Under the pieces are notes generated by a model. It made no database searches and was not told the origin of the DNA. It saw nothing but the letters and a program-made list of their open reading frames with translations. Source: Penicillus capitatus (lineage: Eukaryota; Plantae; Chlorophyta). Taken from it: DNA of 64,000 nucleotides. Shown here in pieces: positions 24,327 through 42,043 of the stretch. The stretch lies in assembly GCA_965649825.1 (NCBI GenBank), contig OZ287710.1, forward strand, positions 425,639 through 489,638. The letters run 5' to 3'. How positions within the stretch are numbered: position 1 is the stretch's first letter; each line of letters begins with the position of its first letter. A program made the position numbers and the translations under genes.

Positions 24327-26075
24327 ATGAGTTTCACGACAGGATGCCTAACTGAGGGCAACGCCTCTCTTTCCCTTCTGTGTCAACTACCAAATGGTTC
24401 CGTGTGGGGAGCGACGTCGGAAGGCCGCCTGGCGCACTTTTCCGATGACTCTTTTGATGTGTCCTTCCTCCAGACTCGACCCGACGCCTATCTGGAAGTG
24501 TTGCCAGATCGTTTGCTTGCTCCGCGCCATCCTTTGGGATTCTCAGTGAGCTTACTGGATGTTCACGATTCTGGGCTCAAGGCGATCGTCGCTGGCTACG
24601 CTGGAAATCGTCCGCACCTCGCGGTGGCGGATCTACAACAGGGAACCGATTCCAAAGGTCAATTGGAGTACTACACGTACAGTTACTGCGAGGGAGATTT
24701 CATATTCAATCGTGCTGGAATGAAGCTTCAGCAAGTGTCGTGGTGGCCAGAAACAGTTCTTCCTTCGTTTGTTGTCTTGGCTGGCAACATCTTGGCTGTC
24801 TACCAGTCGAGCTCTGTCTCGGTGCCATTGGCAACGTATCGACTTCAATTCTCTCCAGTCTACTATCCATCCACTATCACGGATTGTGGAAATGCAACAG
24901 CTTTCTGTTTCGTCGAGAATGCCAAGGACTGGGGAGCTTTCACCGTCTGTATACTGAGAGACGATGGAGCTGTGTTTGTTCTGTGCCCAGTTGTCGTGTC
25001 GGGATTTCCATTTGGCACATCAGACGCCATTAAACTCTTAAAGGATGAAACACCAGAAATCACGAAGAGATGGCACCATCAGGTCTTTAGCAGAACACAG
25101 CTGCAAGGGAGTGTGGGTAGGGCACATGGGGATGAAGGCAATTTCATCTACACCAGGAATCTTCGTGATGGTTGGAAATACGCACCGGCCTTGCAGGGAC
25201 CCCTGTGCGTAAGAAGGCATCTACAAGAAAGAGATTTCCACTCGATTGTCAGTATGAATGGTGGCAGTTTGGCATTGGCCAACATCAGAGGCACAGTGAT
25301 ACTTGCCAGCATCTCTTCTATCTTGCCAGTGTTTCATGACAAGGAAATGAGATCAGGTGCCCCTCACGTGTTCTTGTTACAGGACTGTGTCCGAACACCC
25401 AGTGATATCAGAATAGAACAATTGTCGGAAACGCGAATGCCCGATCACGAATCGACGACGGTGCAATTCTTAAAAACTCAAGGGCATTCTTATCTCATTG
25501 CAAAGACGGATGGATACACAGCGCAACTTGACTGTTCGGATCCATCTGCTCCGAAGTCCGCTCTTCAGCAGAATGTGCCTGGTAGTCTGGGATGTATCAT
25601 CCGTGGTCCGTTTGTTCTTTCTGTCCTAGTCGCTGGTCATTTTGAGCTCAAGTGTGCATTCCTTCAAAAGCAGCAATACTCTGTTTATCGTTCTCGACTG
25701 CATTCTGGAGTTGAGGAGGTTCAGGAAAAGACAGACGTCGCCTTAGAGAGTGAAGAAGACACACTCGAAAAAATCTTTAGTCTGCAAGAGTTTTTGAAGA
25801 CAGCATTCGAAAAGGAGGATGCTTTCTGTAGAGGGCAAGAACAAACGGTTGGAGATACATCAACAAAAATCTCTCAGCTCCGTGATGGGATCAGCGAACT
25901 GGTTGCTGGTGCAGTGGCATCGGTGGAAAGAAGAGGGAAAGAGAGTCTGTCACAGAAATACAAAGATGTACTCAACGAGATTTGCTCCGAAGTTGAAGCA
26001 CTGGATCCTTCGGCTATGAATTCACCATCAAGACTGCAGCATATCAAAGACTGCCTCAGAGATTTGGGAAGTTGA
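24327..26075 (+). CDS. Probable nucleoporin Nup88/Nup82-like (beta-propeller + coiled coil), intronless 582 aa
   Basis: Single long ORF. QVSWWP and WGAFTVCILRDDGAVFVLCPVV resemble Nup88 propeller motifs; helical C-terminus. Confidence 0.6.
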   Translation: MSFTTGCLTEGNASLSLLCQLPNGSVWGATSEGRLAHFSDDSFDVSFLQTRPDAYLEVLPDRLLAPRHPLGFSVSLLDVHDSGLKAIVAGYAGNRPHLAVADLQQGTDSKGQLEYYTYSYCEGDFIFNRAGMKLQQVSWWPETVLPSFVVLAGNILAVYQSSSVSVPLATYRLQFSPVYYPSTITDCGNATAFCFVENAKDWGAFTVCILRDDGAVFVLCPVVVSGFPFGTSDAIKLLKDETPEITKRWHHQVFSRTQLQGSVGRAHGDEGNFIYTRNLRDGWKYAPALQGPLCVRRHLQERDFHSIVSMNGGSLALANIRGTVILASISSILPVFHDKEMRSGAPHVFLLQDCVRTPSDIRIEQLSETRMPDHESTTVQFLKTQGHSYLIAKTDGYTAQLDCSDPSAPKSALQQNVPGSLGCIIRGPFVLSVLVAGHFELKCAFLQKQQYSVYRSRLHSGVEEVQEKTDVALESEEDTLEKIFSLQEFLKTAFEKEDAFCRGQEQTVGDTSTKISQLRDGISELVAGAVASVERRGKESLSQKYKDVLNEICSEVEALDPSAMNSPSRLQHIKDCLRDLGS

Positions 26076-26416
26076 CGATACAAGACACGCACGAACCGAT
26101 GTGCATTTGATTTGTGTAATAAGAATCGCTAACCGCTGTTCTGGTGAGTGAGGTGCCTAAAAGAGAGAGAATGCGGCGCCAGAACGAGACGCACGTTGTT
26201 CGCCTTTCGCTACGCCGGGGATATTGTCGTGAGAACATCGGATGCAGGAAACAGTGATTGTCAGACAGCAGCACTCTGCTTCGATTGAAACGCCGCGATC
26301 GTTTGTTAGTCCATTCGATCGATTTGCATTTCTCGATCGTGGTCGTTTCCGCATTCCTCACTGCTCTCCAATCTGCTTGTCTTATTTCAACGTCCAGCGT
26401 CGTCTTTGCCTTCAGC

Positions 26417-28939
26417 ATGGAGGTAATGCGATCAGAATCGAACAAAGATGCATTGACAAATTCAGCTTTGGTGAGTGATCCAACAACAGCAAATTGGTAT
26501 AGAACAGATGACCTTTGCGCGTTGCACCAGGATCTGTCTCCTGGAAATGATCAATCTACCATCAGCACTGCAGAACGGCAGTTGGCAGATAGTCGGCGAC
26601 ACTTAGCTCGTAGTCTGAAAAACGGTGAAATGAAGATTCATGCACTCCATTCGGAAAGGAAAAGAAAAGAAGAAATGCGGAGGATGAAAGAAGAAGAAAT
26701 GCGGCAAGTGCGTTGATTGCTATACCATCCATGCATAACGTTCTGTGAGTACAAAGGAATTGAGAGTCAAATTGCTGGCGGAAGCCGAGGACAGTGCACA
26801 CAAGAATGCATCCGTTGCCATGAACTGGGCCGATCTGTTTGCAATCGAAGTTCCCCAGGTTTCGCCAACCTAACGTATGCTTATCAGGATTGCACAATGG
26901 TGTTGTCTGCAGGATCTCCTATGCAGCATCGAGCAACAAAAAATACTTTGCCGACAGATTATGGAATCTAAAGATAATCTGATATCCGATTTGAAGGCGC
27001 GAGTTATGAAGAAAGATGAGGATTATGTGGCGGTATGTTCCTCATGGGTGCATTCGTTTGGCGAGATAACTGCCAACGCGTTTGTTAGTTGCTCAAGAGA
27101 CAGTCAGAAGAAACAGCGTCTTTACTTGAATTTCTGCGCATCCAGGAAGCAGACGTGAAGACTGCCTACCAATCGGAGCTTCGCGATATCGAGAATGCTT
27201 TCCTACAAGTAAACGGGCGAAAGAATCTTGACAGCATCTGCCAAACAATCTATAGGAAAAGAAAATGATGACGAACGAAACATCAGAGAAATTGGGTATG
27301 GCGCGCGACAAAAGAAACCAGCTTGAGCTCGAGTATATGGAACGATTTGTAAACACCGCTGGAGAGTACGAGAGAATGTTGACAGAACTGAGACTGAATG
27401 ACAACGAAGAATACAATGCACTGAAAGTGAAGTTAGAAACAGACATCCAGACACTTGAGCAACATCTCGAGACAATGAGGGCCACCTATCAGTTAAATGC
27501 CGAGAAGTTAGAGTATAACTATCGTGTTCTTGCGGAACGAGACTCAGAAAACAGTACCACCATAAATCAGCAGAAGCGAAAAGTATGTGTCCTCATTCGG
27601 CAACACCTGCTATCACGACGTGAACGCCTTTGATTAGCTATCGAAGCAGCGAGATGTCCTATGTGGACTGACGATGAAACATTTTCAACTGGAGAAGAAC
27701 TTCCAAAGCGAAAACCAGAAGTTGACAGATGAATACAGACGCATAGCAGAGCATTTCAATGAGCTGCAGGTAAACACGTCTATCAATCTCTTCCTTCTTT
27801 GAATTCGGATATTCACTGCGCGTTTTCAATTGATAGTTAAAAGTTGAGACGACGGAACGTCACGAACTTACCAAATTCGAACAGTTATGGAGAATGAAAG
27901 AAGAGCGAATCTTTGCATTGGTGAGAAAACTTCTGGATGCAGATCGAATCATTCACGAAGAGCTGTTGGGATGGTTATGGGTGCCTCCGAACGAATCCGT
28001 TTTCAGATTTGAGATTAAGAATAGCGGCAGCGATGCCAGGAGTAACTTGGACAGCAGCACGATGGGCGAGAGCCGTGACAGTGGTATTGACGATGAGGTG
28101 AGAAAATAATGGTCCTTGGACGGAGTACTCAGTACACAGGTGCATTTGTAGGTCAGAGATTACATCGACAGCGGAATGCACCACGCTGCGTTATCTTTAA
28201 TATGTGACGAAGCTGGATTCTTGCTCGATGAAAAGGCCAATGATTTGATTGAAAGTGTTCCGGTAAGTGAGCAAGGCTACGTCAGGGCCGAGGAAGTCGT
28301 CCGAGCACTGGGCGTGAGGGATGCCTCTGCGTTTGAAGCACTTGTCGAAGCGATCACCTCTGACGACGGGGAGGGGAACAAAAAGGGAAGTGATTCAGAC
28401 GGCGAAGACAATCACAGTCGTCGACCAAGTACAATACCTTAGTTACTGAGTTCTTTGCACAAATGGCAGTTCGCAGACGACGATCTGACAGCACTAGGAC
28501 AGTCGAACAATCTTGTGCACCAGAACACAGTCTTGAGGCGATTGCGTACGTTCATCGAGAATGAAATTTGGCCGCAAACGGCGACCGCTGCATTCAGAAC
28601 GAAGACAAACAGGAGGTACAATCCTAACTTCGGCAGTTCGACCCTTTTGGTTTCTTTAGGATGGGAAGAACAAACGGTATTAGTCGCCGCGCGTTGAGAA
28701 AAGAGGCTCAGTTTTGGGAAAGACTGTCCAACTCTGTTAACACAGATACATATCAGAGTTGGAGAGCCCTTCAACGACATATGGAAGAGTATCACCAAAT
28801 ACTGAAGAGAAGGTCAGATTGCCTAGCCCAGGTAAAAGAGCTACGACGGCAGAACAATCAGCTGAAGCATCTGCTGAATCAATATCTTTCGTCTAAAGTC
28901 AACGAGGAACTAGTCGTACCTCCAGTTCAGACTCTTTAA
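26417..28939 (+). CDS. DRC1: Dynein regulatory complex subunit 1 (CCDC164), spliced
   Basis: EEYNALKVKLETDIQTLEQHLETMRATYQLNAEKLEYNYRVLAERDSEN...QQKRK; C-terminal WRALQRHMEEYHQILKRR...QNNQLKHLLNQYLSSKVNEELVVPP. Confidence 0.92.
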
Positions 28940-29043
28940 ACGATGCAGATAATTGACAAACATGACTCATAAAAAGTCCGGTTGTAGAGAACCCTGTTGT
29001 TCGTCGAGCAAAATGGGATTTACACGATTCTAGATACTCCACG

Positions 29044-29995
29044 TTAAAGGGAAACAGCTAAAAGAACACCAAAACCCATGTGAAGTGTAGAAAGGAACAG
29101 AATGGCACTGCCAAAGTAAGCATGGGCACGTCTGAGACTCGGATCATCTTTGAAGAACAGAGTAAGCATTCCTTTTATACCAAGGCACGTCAGACCACTA
29201 ATTGCTGTCTAGACATGCGGGCTAATGGTTCAATACACTTATCTGTACAAGCCAGCAAAGGTTGTTTACCTCTCAAAAATTGGCTTATTCCGAACTACCA
29301 GAGATGACAATCCACCCAATCCACCGAGAGCAAAGAAAACTGTCATTCCAATGGCCAATGGAGGGTGGAGCTGTCGTGCTTTTGCTTTCGATTCTCGATC
29401 CTGCAACGCAAACACATCAGAATAGAAAAAGAGTAGTCGAATCGAGAGTTTGTAAAGGAACACGAGGTCCATCAGATTTAACGATTTCTCGAAAACGACT
29501 CTTACCTCAAATGGCGCGTCTTCAAACTGCCGGTGTAAGACCTTCGTCTGAGACTGCAGCTAAAATTCAGTGCGCTGTGTGCTTGTTCTGCGGTCTCCTA
29601 GTCCTATGCTATATCTGTCCTATTAAACTATGAAAAACGACAAGCTCATTCCTGAGTTTTTCTTCTCTTGTCTGCGCACATAAATGGATTCAACCGACCG
29701 AATGGATACCTGCTGATCACCAGTTGCGGTTCCTTTATTCTTTTGTATTATCAATTGTCTAGAATGCTGTGTTTTGCTGGATGAAGTCTGATGCATCTAC
29801 GAAGATTGTCGTGCACAATGGAGCTTTGTAAAAGGACTGGTTGTTATCGAGGACCGCGCTACACCATGTTGTGCAATCTTGCAATCTTACCAAAATGAGC
29901 GGTGTTCTGCCGAGCTGAGAACAGTTGATCGATCGCACAATCAAATTGCAAAACGATTCGAGCCACTCACTGGAGAGCGAATACAAAGCAAACAT
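29044..29995 (-). pseudogene. DUF4079-like plastid membrane protein, disrupted (recognisable part 29044-29410)
   Basis: KARQLHPPLAIGMTVFFALGGLGG...KPIFE|SPHV*TAISG...RRAHAYFGSAIL. In-frame TAG at 29209-29211; upstream exons are degenerate and do not rejoin in frame. Confidence 0.7.
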
Positions 29996-30037
29996 ATAGA
30001 TAGATGCAGATTCGGGACTGGGCTGAGTATGCGATCC

Positions 30038-36210
<6,173 letters not shown>

Positions 36211-36388
36211 TTCGAAAAGAGAATTCTAATGACCGTTCTTTCCGGTGCACGAAAGTGACGAACAGCGCTAATGAGAAGGACGTGTCATTTAACGCTCGAC
36301 ACATGACGCTATCCACTCTGTCATGGCTCGAAATCCTGTTATACCTCACCGTTCGCCTTCTTCTGCGTTTGTTCCCTGAGCAGAGGAG

Positions 36389-38424
36389 ATGGATGTGCAG
36401 GTCGTGGCCAATGCCTTGAGAGTGGTGACGATGAGGGGTGTGGATTTGAGCGAAGCGCTGAGCCAGGGAAGATCTCTTCCTGGACTGCGGCAGGGATGGA
36501 TAGGAAAACAGTTGGTGGATGTGTCTGACATTCAATGGAGAGAGTTTCGATCGAATCTCGCATTACTCGTTGCTGTACTGGGATCTTTTGTCGCGGGATC
36601 GCGAATGGTGCGTGAATGGATGCACACACAGTATGAACAATGGACAGCCGTGAACACTTTTGTAGGTTCAACAGGGACGCGCCCATCTCCGATGTCCCTA
36701 CAACATCATCTGTTCCTTGATCTTCGTGATCTAGACGGGACAAGAAGCATCGATGAAGACGTGTGCTTCTTAGGTTGGTTTTCTCCACGGAATCTACTCC
36801 CTACACTTCCTAACCTTGGTCATCCTGAACTATTTTCTCTGTAAAAGATGCGCCGGCAGATCATTTGGGTGAGCACAGAAGACCAATGCGATTCTGAAGA
36901 TGGCTTGTTCCAGACCTTGGGTGATGTGGATCGCCAACATGGCTATGCTCGTTCTTGTTCGACAGACGAATGGATTTCAGATACCACAGTCCGTGTAAGC
37001 CCGCTCTCTCAGGCTGCGTCGTCCTGAGACGTGCATGGTTCAGCAATTTGCCAGACTGGTTTAGCTACAGAGGATTGATTCGATGGCATGTTTGCTACAA
37101 TCTCTCAGTCCTGAGGTTTCTGTCTTTTGGGATGGATCTGCACTGGGCTAAGAACGCTCAGCAGAATGTCCATCGGCGATCTACTGGTCCGAATGCATCT
37201 GTCAAGGTGATACTCGATTCTGGATGCTGAGATGCGGGACAGATGTGACGGTCGAACAGATCCGAAGCCAGAAGACGCTGGATCTCTCTTGCTACCATGT
37301 TTGGAACTACGTCTCCTACCTTCTCTATGTGCCTCTCTATCTAGCGGGACCCATTTCGACATTCAAAAACTTTGCCTCGCAGCTGCAGAGTCCTCCTAAG
37401 ACATCGCTCTTCCAGGTTCCTGAAAACTCAAAACAGAACGGCATGGATGGTGTGATCGCAGCTCCTGCAGCAGGGCCTCAGGTGGCTCGTGGCATGGATG
37501 CTTCTGGAGCTGTTGACACATTTCATCTATGTCAACAGCATTTCCAGGTTCCGGCTGTGGAAGAGACAGCATCCACCTCTCTTCGGCGCCGTGGAATTCG
37601 CCGTCGTCGGTTTCTGGATGCTCATGTTCATCTGGCTCAAGGTCGCCAACTCCTACAGTGAACCCTCCTGAAAAAGAAATCCCGGTTTAGTTTCTAGTCA
37701 TCTGGAGGCTCTTTCGATTCTTTTCGCTCGCCGAAGGCATAGAGCCGCCAGAAAACATGTGCAGATGCCTGTGCAACAACTACGACAATGAGGTGGTGTC
37801 TCTTCTCCCGATCTGCAGACATGCAGATAACCAGTTCCGTTGCCGCAGGGATTTTGGAGAAACTGGCACTGTTCTTTCAACCTGTGGCTGGTTCGGTACG
37901 TTTACCTGCCCCTCGGTGGACGACAGCGCAGGTGGCTGAGCATCTGGCTGATCTTTGCCTTTGTGGGTGTCTGGCACGACATCGAAATCCGTTTGCTGCA
38001 GTGGGCATGGATCATTGCTGTCTTCTTCTTCATCGAGCTCGTCCACCATCCACCACAGAATCCACGTGCCTTGATCTTTTGAATCTAGGGCATCAAGCAC
38101 TGTGGCCAGATGCTCTTCTCTGCAGAGTTCCGTCGAGGGCGTGGCTATCGACACCTTGCTGCTGCATTCGGTGCAGGCAACGTATTCCTCCTCATGACAG
38201 CCAACATGGTTACGCAGAAGTGTCTGTTTCAGCTGCCGATCTGTTATGTGGTGCAGATTGGTTTTGCCGTTGGATTCCGCGAGGCTCAGACATTTCTCAT
38301 CGAGATTATTCGACAACCGCGGTTTGTGTGCGCCATGTACATCACACTCTACGCAGCGGTCTATTTAATGTTCTTCATCCGGGACTGGGAAAACAGTGCT
38401 CCTCAGCAAAAGACTACTACATAG
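36389..38424 (+). CDS. MBOAT acyltransferase, GUP1/HHATL-like, spliced
   Basis: [85 protein letters not shown]. Confidence 0.9.
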
Positions 38425-38440
38425 AAGACAGTGCTGTCCA

Positions 38441-39352
38441 TCATTCTCTTTCACTGCCAAATTCCAGCAGATTCTCCTGAAGGGAGGCCCTTTGCAGACG
38501 AAATGGCTCCAGCAGAGGCTTGATGTCTTTGTCGTTCTCTCTTACCATGAGCGACAGCACTTCTCCCAGTGCCGGAGCACATGTATTCTTTAAGTCCCCA
38601 CTGGGCAAACCAAGAATGACCTGAAGAAGGACCAGCACGGTTTTGATACGTAGTGCATTTAGATAAGTCCTGACTCGGGATGCTTTTGGATGCCAGTCCA
38701 GAATGAAATTTCCGTCCCTGATCACGCTGGCGGTATCTACTCCGACAGAGACAGGTTTCGTTGACACGATCCCTTGGCAAACTTTTCTCAGCATCGGCAC
38801 ATTCCTTTTTGGTGATATCAGTTTCCATCGGTGCGCTGTACGTCCGGATGTTGCTGCGTCCAATGTCGCTTCTGTAACCATGCAGACATCTAACAGTCAA
38901 TCCATGAGCAAGAACACAGCTATCGTCATTACTCTTTCTCATGTACTCAATTCATCCGGAGATGGCCACAGAAGTAGACGGTCATCAGTGTGCTCGTCAT
39001 CGTATTGCAGGACAAGAATGGGCTGGACACTCACAAATTTGTAGATCCTTTCCAGTCGATAGGCGGCCATGCTTGTGGTCAATACGCGTTGTGCTTTCTA
39101 TCAGCAACCATCCAACAGAACACCACAGAAGTGGGAATGAACTTTCAGTTCGGGTACGAGCGACCCAATGGATCGGCCACACGTCAGAATGAGTTTCTTC
39201 GCCGTATAGGTACACTTGTCTGTGGTAACTGTCACATCCGATGCCGTGGCCTTCCACTCCACCGCCGTCTCCTGGAATCGAAACTTGGCTCCATGTTTCT
39301 TCATGCACAGCAACCAGTCCATGACACTGTGCTTTACGAAGAGGCCTCGCAT
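38441..39352 (-). pseudogene. Sarcosine/pipecolate oxidase (PIPOX/MSOX)-like 3' fragment, 5' half absent
   Basis: KHGAKFRFQE..VEW...VTVTTDKCTYTAKKLILTCG, DGNFILDWHP, APALGEVL, LEPFRLQR. The GHGFK motif is decayed to GDLKN, and the N-terminal GxGxxG region is replaced by the retroelement. Confidence 0.7.
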
Positions 39353-39374
39353 GTGCCAAACTATAAAGGGCAGC

Positions 39375-42043
39375 TGTCGCCACCGCCATCCCAGCCGCCA
39401 TTGGAGCAGTCGCCACCGCCGTTTACGCAGCAGTCGCCACCGCCACCATCCCAGTCACCGCCGCAGTAGTCATCACCGCCATTCAGTCTATCTCGTCCTG
39501 TTGCGCCATCCTAGCCGCCGCCGCAGCATTCGACGTCCACACCTGAGGCACCACGACGGGCAAACCAACAAAATATAGTGACGGAAATCCGCCCAAACCC
39601 GTCGCCGGAAGTCCGCCAAGACACTGAACAACGTGGCTTGATACAATCCCTGATGGAAAGTGTTCAAGCGATGCAAGAGGGGCTTATGATACGCGCTGAA
39701 GAACTCGAGGACAGACTTGTCAATAGGCAAGGGAGAATGGAAGAGATTGTAGAGGCCAGCATACTCACTATCGGGCAACGAGTAGAAGCGGTTGAGGATC
39801 GGATGCGAATTCAGCAAGTCGGATGTGAGTCACATCACCCTGAGCCTGAGCCATCGCACGAGAACCAAGAGACAACCGAACGGAAACAGAGTCGACAAAT
39901 ACGTCAGGACTCAGATAAGTGTCGCCCTGGTGAAGCTGTAACTCCACACACTCTAAAAGGCCAGACTCCCACTAGACGCGTTAAGAAGGATGGTCCAACC
40001 ATAAAGAACGTGCACAAGATGTTGCCAAAGCGCAAGGAGAATCTCTCACAGTTCACAGGCATAATGTCGAAGCTGCTCGAATTGATAGATGACCCCGTCA
40101 AGTATGCTACGGCGGCGGAGAGAATCTTTAATATTGCGAACGCACAAATCCAGTCACGTCTGCGTGGATTGCCATGGGGAGATGCAGACATCTGGCCACG
40201 CGTGCAACTGATCATTGACGAATGTCTACAGAAGGAACGGGACAGTCGAGGACACGCCAGGGCCGATGGCAAGCAAAATGTACGTCAAAAAGTTGGACAT
40301 ACCTGCGAGAACTGCGGACGTAAGGACCACTCTAAAAGGGACTGCCCATCAGTCGCAAGAGCTCCCGGACATCAGGATTCTAGAAAGGTCTCCCGGACAA
40401 CACCAGCTCAGGGTCGGAACTCTGCGAGGATGGCGCGCTACAACATCATGCTTGCTATGGAGGACATAGCCGGAAAAATCTATTGTCTGTTGGGTACCGG
40501 GGCCGAGACTAATATTTTCCCAGCCAAGCTGGCGCGTAAACACAATCTAGTGCTCAGGTACGCGAACGTCCAGAGGGTGACCAGCTTCAGCAACCAGACG
40601 ACTAGTACAAGCGGCGAGGTCTGCATGCTGTGTACCCTAGGAAACAAGGGCGCGAAAATACCATTTGTCGTCTGCGAGGGTGTCCAACGTCCTATTCTGG
40701 GACTCCAGGCCCTCCAAGCATTCAAACTGCAGCTCAACTGCGATGAGGACTGCGTGTACGACGACAAAGGCAACAAAATCTTGATCCACAACGTCATTGT
40801 TTCAAAAAACTAAGGTACATGCCTGTTTTTCAGCAGGCACATGACGACACGCAAGAACCGCAGACAAAACGTTTGGTACTAGTAAAAGCCATCTGGAACG
40901 ACGAGACGCCGCACAAAAAACAGGGAGAAAGACCATCACCTTCACCACTCCAAGTCACGGAATCCATCGATCGGGAGTTATTCCCTTTCAAACAAAACGG
41001 CTGGATTGTCTTCATGGCGGGGAGAAGTTTTGTGCTGGGACCTTCCGGAGCCGCCGCATCATCCTACCCTTCAAGTTTGCCGAGACAACAGAATGGAAGG
41101 CATTTTTCGACTGTACCCACAACAAGAACATCATTCTGCACTTTACTTCGCTTTTGCTTAAGGCCCGTGAACTATGCAAACCTTGCAAAGCTTCGCGCGA
41201 AGAGCATGGGCCACTGTGTTCACAGATAGCTCGGCTGACGACACCGAACGACATATTAGCTCGGGCGCGAGTGACTCGGAAGCAGAAGACACGGCACTAG
41301 TCCGGCGGCTACTAGAAAGACCGAACGCAGAAACGGAACTAAAAATGATCCAAACAACGAAGAACAAAGAAAAAGTTAGGCGATAGAAAGACTGGACGAA
41401 GAACTGATGGAACTATTTCCCGCTACCGAAAGCTGGATGGATGGATCATTGAACCTAATTCACGGGAACTGAAAATGATCGAGGAAGCAAAACAAAGAAA
41501 AAGAGTAAGAGCAAAAATGTAGCAGTAAGACGAATACAAAAACGAAGTTACTCAAAACCACTACACATATTATGCCGGGATGTTCATCATCGATTCCTTT
41601 CATCGCTCAATGGAAATTCAAGTCAAGTTATCGGTCTGTTAGCTCCGATAAATAACATCCGAGAAACAATTCGAAAAGTGATAAGGAATCGTAGATTTCG
41701 AAATGAGAAGCCCGAAGACGAAAAATGTCCAGAATTTTTCGAGGAACTCGAGTATAAAATTGCAACCTGTTCTCTTTGGATCCTTTACGACAAAACAGAG
41801 GGTCGGAAGTTTTCTTGAAGAACTGTTGGGAATAGTGCGGGCCTTGAAGAAATGTTACTTTGTGATCAAGCAAACGGAGATATTCGTTTTTGTTACTTAA
41901 TATAGGCAAACGACCGTAATGCGACGCTACCCTATAAAAGCGTTGTAGATGTACAGATCTTGTCTTTCGTTTGTAAGACTTTACGTTTCAAGGTTTACGT
42001 GCGCCCGCCGTTCAAATTGTTTCCATCTAAAACCTACGCGACA
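39375..42043 (+). mobile_element. Degenerate LTR-retrotransposon-like element (Gag, dead protease, RNase H remnant; no RT core or LTR pair found); boundaries approximate
   Basis: Gag zinc knuckle CENCGRKDHSKRDC (40304-40345). Protease LLGTGA (catalytic D>G). RNase H-like PVLFGS...EELLGIVRALKK...IFVFVT (~41765-41900). TATAAAA at ~41933. Ends TGTCGC...GCGACA. Confidence 0.75.
39578..40813 (+). CDS. Retroelement Gag-protease ORF (411 aa; protease inactive)
   Basis: Intronless ORF with coiled coil, CX2CX4HX4C knuckle and retropepsin fold (CLLGTGAETNIF...RPILGLQAL). Confidence 0.8.
   Translation: MTEIRPNPSPEVRQDTEQRGLIQSLMESVQAMQEGLMIRAEELEDRLVNRQGRMEEIVEASILTIGQRVEAVEDRMRIQQVGCESHHPEPEPSHENQETTERKQSRQIRQDSDKCRPGEAVTPHTLKGQTPTRRVKKDGPTIKNVHKMLPKRKENLSQFTGIMSKLLELIDDPVKYATAAERIFNIANAQIQSRLRGLPWGDADIWPRVQLIIDECLQKERDSRGHARADGKQNVRQKVGHTCENCGRKDHSKRDCPSVARAPGHQDSRKVSRTTPAQGRNSARMARYNIMLAMEDIAGKIYCLLGTGAETNIFPAKLARKHNLVLRYANVQRVTSFSNQTTSTSGEVCMLCTLGNKGAKIPFVVCEGVQRPILGLQALQAFKLQLNCDEDCVYDDKGNKILIHNVIVSKN

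Noticed and set aside
26056-26445. 129-aa minus-strand ORF
   Set aside because: No recognisable domain; it overlaps the NUP88 3' end and the DRC1 start region, so it is likely a chance ORF.
41900-42043. Complete LTR pair with target-site duplication
   Set aside because: The TATA/..ACA segment has no matching copy at the 5' side, and the flanks (gcagc / ccatt) do not match.
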